From NCBI GenBank assembly GCA_963693365.1, contig CAVNZM010000003.1, positions 11,131,151-11,195,150 on the forward strand: DNA of 64,000 bases. The letters are read 5' to 3'. Each line of letters opens with the position of its first letter. Position 1 is the stretch's first letter. Both the position numbers and the translations under genes were made by a program. This stretch comes from Amoebidium appalachense. Its lineage: Eukaryota > Protista > Ichthyosporea. The notes under the pieces are model-generated. The model saw only the letters and a list, made by a program, of their open reading frames with translations, did no database searches and was not told where the DNA came from. Below are positions 59,849 to 64,000 of this stretch, piece by piece.

Positions 59849-59893
59849 AAACCAAAAAAAACAAACCAAAAAAAACAACAAACAAAAAAACAC

Positions 59894-59945
<52 letters not shown>

Positions 59946-60287
59946 ATGCCCTAGCATTCACAATTACATGTAGGGGTTCGTAAAAACGGTTTTTTGAGTC
60001 CTTGCAGAGTTTTTCTTGACCTGGTCCACACGTAGGAGTTCGTTTCCTGTGGGTGTGTGCCATGGTGGTGTATTGGTGGGTGCGTGGGTGTGTTTGAGGT
60101 AATGGCATACAGTGATGTCTGAGCCTTGCATAAACAAATCACCTGGCTGGACTACTACTTACACCCAACTATCAACCCACAGGTGTCCCATGCACAGTGG
60201 AAAAAGCTGAGAGAGAAGTACAAGGCTGACATCGAGCAGTTCGAGGAGGAGCTTGAGCAGTTCGAGGAGGAGCTTTTGAGTGGGTAG
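54396..60287 (+). CDS. Divergent KDM4-like JmjN/JmjC histone lysine demethylase with an uncharacterised N-terminal domain, 7 exons
   Basis: Phase-compatible GT-AG exons 54396-55476, 57399-57733, 57795-57917, 58785-58891, 59091-59295, 59555-59791, 60183-60287. JmjN: VPV...IEKEHEFRAAGAVKFVPP. Then FW...YGTDL and GISTPMLY. JmjC: LHTEDLLLGSVN...EKIWF...CKKVTQHK...P.YLMKKGIP...QHAGEVICTLPGAYHFG...AEAVNFA..W...CTC. Confidence 0.9.
55565..57340 (+). repeat. Intronic minisatellite: about 28 copies of a 30-bp core separated by variable (CA)n, with an approximately 315-bp higher-order repeat
   Basis: CCACGGGAAGGCACCTGCACGCATGCATGA followed by (CA)n; the variant GTATGCACTCGGCTAAA(C)n block recurs at about 56025, 56341, 56654 and 57320. 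Confidence 0.95.
57955..58720 (+). repeat. Intronic tandem array, 42-46-bp unit (about 16 copies)
   Basis: GTGTATGTTGTG(TAGGG/C)ATGCGTGCGTGCGTGTGTTTGTGCGGAGA repeated. Confidence 0.95.
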
Positions 60288-60295
60288 ACCACACA

Positions 60296-60552
60296 TGGTT
60301 TGTGGTGGGTGCGGTGGGGGAAACGTAGTTGTGGTGGTGGCGGCGGGTAGGCCCCACATTCACATCTTACTTAGGGTTTGTGGTGGGTGCGGTGGGGGAA
60401 ACGTAGTTGTGGTGGTGGCGGCGGGTAGGCCCCACATTCACATCTTACTTAGGGTTTGTGGTGGGTGCGGTGGGGGAAACGTAGTTGTGGTGGTGGCGGC
60501 GGGTAGGCCCCACATTCACATCTTACTTAGGGTTTGTGATGGGTGTGGTGGA
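60296..60552 (+). repeat. 78-bp tandem x3 immediately after the KDM4-like stop codon
   Basis: GGTTTGTGGTGGGTGCGGTGGGGGAAACGTAGTTGTGG...CACATCTTACTTAG repeated. Confidence 0.95.
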
Positions 60553-60782
60553 GGAAAGACGTGGTACAAAGTTTTCATACCAAGTTTTCTGTAATGTTTA
60601 TTCGAATGTGATCTGCTTCAATCTTATCCAAATTTTCATGTATATTGTATTTGCCCGGTAACAGTACCAAGTTTCCGTAATGACTATTGAATGTATTTGC
60701 CCGTGGTAGCGGGAGAGACTCCATTTAATATACCCCAAGTCTCCTTTTCAATCTGTGTACGAGCACACTGGCACGTACATTG

Positions 60783-61079
<297 letters not shown>

Positions 61080-61284
61080 ATGATACACATGCTACCAAGT
61101 TTTCATTGAACGGTGTAGGGGAGGGGGGAGGGGGGGGGGGAGATAGACTCCAGCTCATCAAAATTAAACATCCCAACAGATTCTCTCGTCATTTACATTT
61201 TCCATGTTTGTGGAGATTCTCTCGTCATTTACATTTTCCATGTTTGTGGTGTGAGTCCATTCATCCTTTGGCTTGTGTAGGTCT

Positions 61285-61545
61285 CTATGCATCCTCAGGC
61301 TCCATCATCTTCTGCAGTACAATTGCTGTCTGTCGTTGATTCTTGGGCACCCACTTCTTGAATCCACACTTCTCCGCCAACTCATCGGGCAGATCTATAT
61401 AGCCCTTTTCCGCAAGCTCTTGTGCATATACTCGTTGCTCCATCTGCGTCCGCCGGGTGGTGGCCTCGGTCGGCACAATAGTTGCCTGCACCACGGGTGC
61501 CTTGCCGGGCTCCTCCTTCAGCTTGTACTCCCATCGGTACGCCAT
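61285..61545 (-). CDS. Hypothetical 86-aa protein
   Basis: Complex ATG-initiated ORF (MAYRWEYKLKEEPG...) starting 36 bp after the upstream gene's stop; no family recognised. Confidence 0.55.
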   Translation of the reverse strand: MAYRWEYKLKEEPGKAPVVQATIVPTEATTRRTQMEQRVYAQELAEKGYIDLPDELAEKCGFKKWVPKNQRQTAIVLQKMMEPEDA

Positions 61546-61581
61546 ACTCTATGCCACAAAAATCTCTGCTCACCCAACCCT

Positions 61582-61974
61582 TCAAGTGCGCTCCTTGATC
61601 ACCACCGCAGGCGCATGCGCACACGTGGGGCACGCCGGGCACTTTTGCTCGGGCGGGCAGCGCGTGCATGCGGGGCACTGTGCGCACCGGGTGGGGCTGG
61701 CACCGCACACGTGGCAGCGGGGGCAGTGCGCACACTTGCGGCGGGGAACGCAGCTGCCGCAGCTGGCACACATTGGGCACGCACGCTGGCACTTGAGCAC
61801 TGCCAGGCGCCGCCGCACACGTGGGCTGAACGTGTCCCAGAGCACGTAGAGGATCAGGCCGGCCAGGATGGCCAGTAGGATGGGGGAGGGCCCGGGGGTG
61901 CTGCGCGGGCTTGTGCGGATCGGGGGAGGGGGTGCGAATGGGCTGGGTGGGGGAAGGGGTGCGCCAGCGTCCAT
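61582..61974 (-). CDS. Single-TM protein with Cys-rich CPxC repeats (virus-like)
   Basis: 130 aa: Pro-rich N-terminus, TM segment ILLAILAGLILYVLW, then CPMCASC, CAHCPRC, CAQCPACTRCP, CPACPTC. Confidence 0.65.
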   Translation of the reverse strand: MDAGAPLPPPSPFAPPPPIRTSPRSTPGPSPILLAILAGLILYVLWDTFSPRVRRRLAVLKCQRACPMCASCGSCVPRRKCAHCPRCHVCGASPTRCAQCPACTRCPPEQKCPACPTCAHAPAVVIKERT

Positions 61975-62077
61975 GTTACCCGGTGCACGATATAATGTGG
62001 GGTTGGGGTTGTGCGGGTAGATGGGAGGAGGGTTTTTGGGGGGGGGGGGGGGGGGGGGCGCTCATGAGCAAGGGTAT

Positions 62078-62482
62078 GGTGATAGCGATCATGTCATTGA
62101 CCCTACTCGCCAACAACACAGGTGCAAGCGCACGGTGATAGCGCTCATGACCCTACTCTCCAACAACACAGGTGCAAGCGCACGGTGATAGCGCTCATGA
62201 CCCTACTCTCAAACAACACAGGTGCAAGCGCACGGTGATACGCAGCCACCGTGTGCATGTGTGTGTGTGTGTGTGTGTGTGAGGGGGGGGGGGGGTTCAA
62301 TGCGTGCGCTTGCACATGTGTTGTTTGAGAGTAGGGTCATGAGCGCTATCACCGGGCGCTTCCACATGTGTTGTTTGAGAGCAGGGTTGTGAGCGCTATC
62401 ACCGGGCGCTTCCACATGTGTTGTTTGAGAGAAGGGGCATGAGCGCTATTACCGGGCGCTTTGTGTTTGTGCGTGTGTGGGG

Positions 62483-62520
<38 letters not shown>

Positions 62521-62677
62521 ATGCGTGTGCTTGCACCTGTTATGTTTGAGAGTAGGCGCAAGAGCGCTATCACCGGGCGCTTCCACATGTGTTGTGTGAG
62601 AGAAGAGGCATGAGCGCTATCACCGGGCGCTTTGTGTTTGTGCGTGTGTGGGGGGGGGGGGGGGGGGGGGGGGGGGT

Positions 62678-62710
<33 letters not shown>

Positions 62711-62867
62711 GGGGGGGGGGGGGGGGGGGTGGGGGGCAATGCGTGTGGTTGCACCTGTTATGTTTGAGTGTAGGCTCATGAGCGCTATCACCGGGCGCTT
62801 CCACATGTGTTGTGTGAGAGAAGGGGCATGAGCGCTATCACCGGGCGCTTTGTGTTTGTACGTGTGT

Positions 62868-62942
<75 letters not shown>

Positions 62943-63180
62943 GGGGGCAATGCGTGTGGTTGCACCTGTTATGTTTGAGTGTAGGCTCATGAGCGCTATC
63001 ACCGGGCGCTTCCACATGTGTTGTGTGAGAGAAGGGGCATGAGCGCTATCACCGGGCGCTTTGTGTTTGTGCGTGTGTAGGGGGGGGGTGGGTGGGGGGG
63101 GGGGGGGGGGGGGGGGCCCAATGCTTGCGCATGTTGGAGAGATGGGTCATCAGCGCTATCACCGGGCGCTTTGTGTGTGT

Positions 63181-63226
<46 letters not shown>

Positions 63227-63323
63227 ATGCTTGCGCTTGCACCTGTGTTGTTTGAGAGTAGGGTCATGAGCGCATGTTGGAGAGATGGGTCATCAGCGCT
63301 ATCACCGGGCGCTTTGTGTGTGT

Positions 63324-63354
<31 letters not shown>

Positions 63355-63462
63355 GGGGGGGGGGGCAATGCTTGCGCTTGCACCTGTGTTGTTTGAGAGT
63401 AGGGTCATGAGCGCATGTTGGAGAGATGGGTCATCAGCGCTATCACCGGGCGCTTTGTGTGT

Positions 63463-63493
<31 letters not shown>

Positions 63494-63613
63494 GGGGGGG
63501 GGAATGCGTGCGCTTGCACCTGTGTTGTTTGAGAGTAGGGTCGTGAGCGCAATCACCGTGCGCTTGCACATGTGTTGTTGGAGAGATGGGTCATCAGCGC
63601 TATCACCGGGCGC

Positions 63614-63667
<54 letters not shown>

Positions 63668-63731
63668 GATATGCGTGCGCTTGCACCTGTGTTGTTTGAG
63701 AGTAGGGTCATGAGCGCTATTACCGTGTGCG
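62078..63731. repeat. 50-bp unit array that switches orientation (3 forward, about 15 reverse copies)
   Basis: GGTGATAGCGCTCATGACCCTACTCTC.AACAACACAGGTGCAAGCGCAC at 62078-62240, then its reverse complement from 62304, interspersed with (TG)n and poly-G. Confidence 0.92.
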
Positions 63732-63825
63732 CTAGCTTCGTTGAATATTCACTACTTCGCGCTAGCTTTGACCGTTTATTGGCCAACTCTGCGCTGCTTT
63801 GACTTTTTGCCCATGGCTTCTTTAT

Positions 63826-63999
63826 TTATTTTTCGTCTTTTACGTCTTTGCCCGCGTCGTCCCCCCAAATCAGCTGCAACGTGTCCTCTTCGGTTGTAAG
63901 CGTGATGTTGAGCGACGTGATGGTTTGCACGGCAATCCTGTACACGTCTGCCGGCGCATAGTCGAACAGGTGGATCCGCGGTTGGCGGTCGGGGTAGTA
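63826..63999 (-). CDS. 3' end of a hypothetical gene entering from beyond the window
   Basis: Open frame YYPDRQPRIHLFDYAPADVYRIAVQTITSLNITLTTEEDTLQLIWGDDAGKDVKDEK*, with coding-like composition and AATAAA at the stop. Confidence 0.55.
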   Translation of the reverse strand, partial: YYPDRQPRIHLFDYAPADVYRIAVQTITSLNITLTTEEDTLQLIWGDDAGKDVKDEK

Positions 64000-64000
64000 G

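Noticed and set aside
57734-60182. Distinct virus-specific intron style (CTAAC branch, no pyrimidine tract) in the KDM4-like gene
   Set aside because: Host genes in this window, such as METTL5, show similar acceptors, so the style is not diagnostic.

Overview
Eukaryotic nuclear DNA with spliceosomal introns full of (CA)n, (CT)n and poly-G/C tracts, so most ORFs in the supplied track are microsatellite artefacts. Bases 1-45,400 look like host chromosome. They hold a decayed THAP-DDE (ISL2EU/PIF-Harbinger type) transposase, an MPLKIP/TTDN1/SICKLE-like gene (-), a Stum/Spec3 membrane-protein gene (+), a RanBD/PH-like gene (-), a MITE with (CCCAAA)n-containing TIRs, METTL5 (+, one GC-AG intron) and a beta-arrestin-like gene (-). 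A hairpin-rich intronic repeat family also occurs here, including a near-perfect 450-bp tandem. From about 45,500 to the window end the character changes. After a palindrome come compact, mostly intronless virus-like ORFs: an HNH endonuclease with an AP2-like tail, a protein with two C/C/C/H zinc motifs, a small membrane protein and a TM + CPxC-rich protein. There are also many private tandem arrays and a 7-exon divergent KDM4-like JmjN/JmjC demethylase with intact Fe/Zn ligands, no PHD/Tudor domains and an unrecognised N-terminal domain. I infer this is the edge of an endogenised giant-virus-like or giant mobile element carrying its own chromatin-modifying enzyme. It resembles the GEVEs reported in the ichthyosporean Amoebidium, but no NCLDV hallmark gene lies in this window and the host identity is only inferred. 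All calls come from manual translation and motif recognition; no searches were run.
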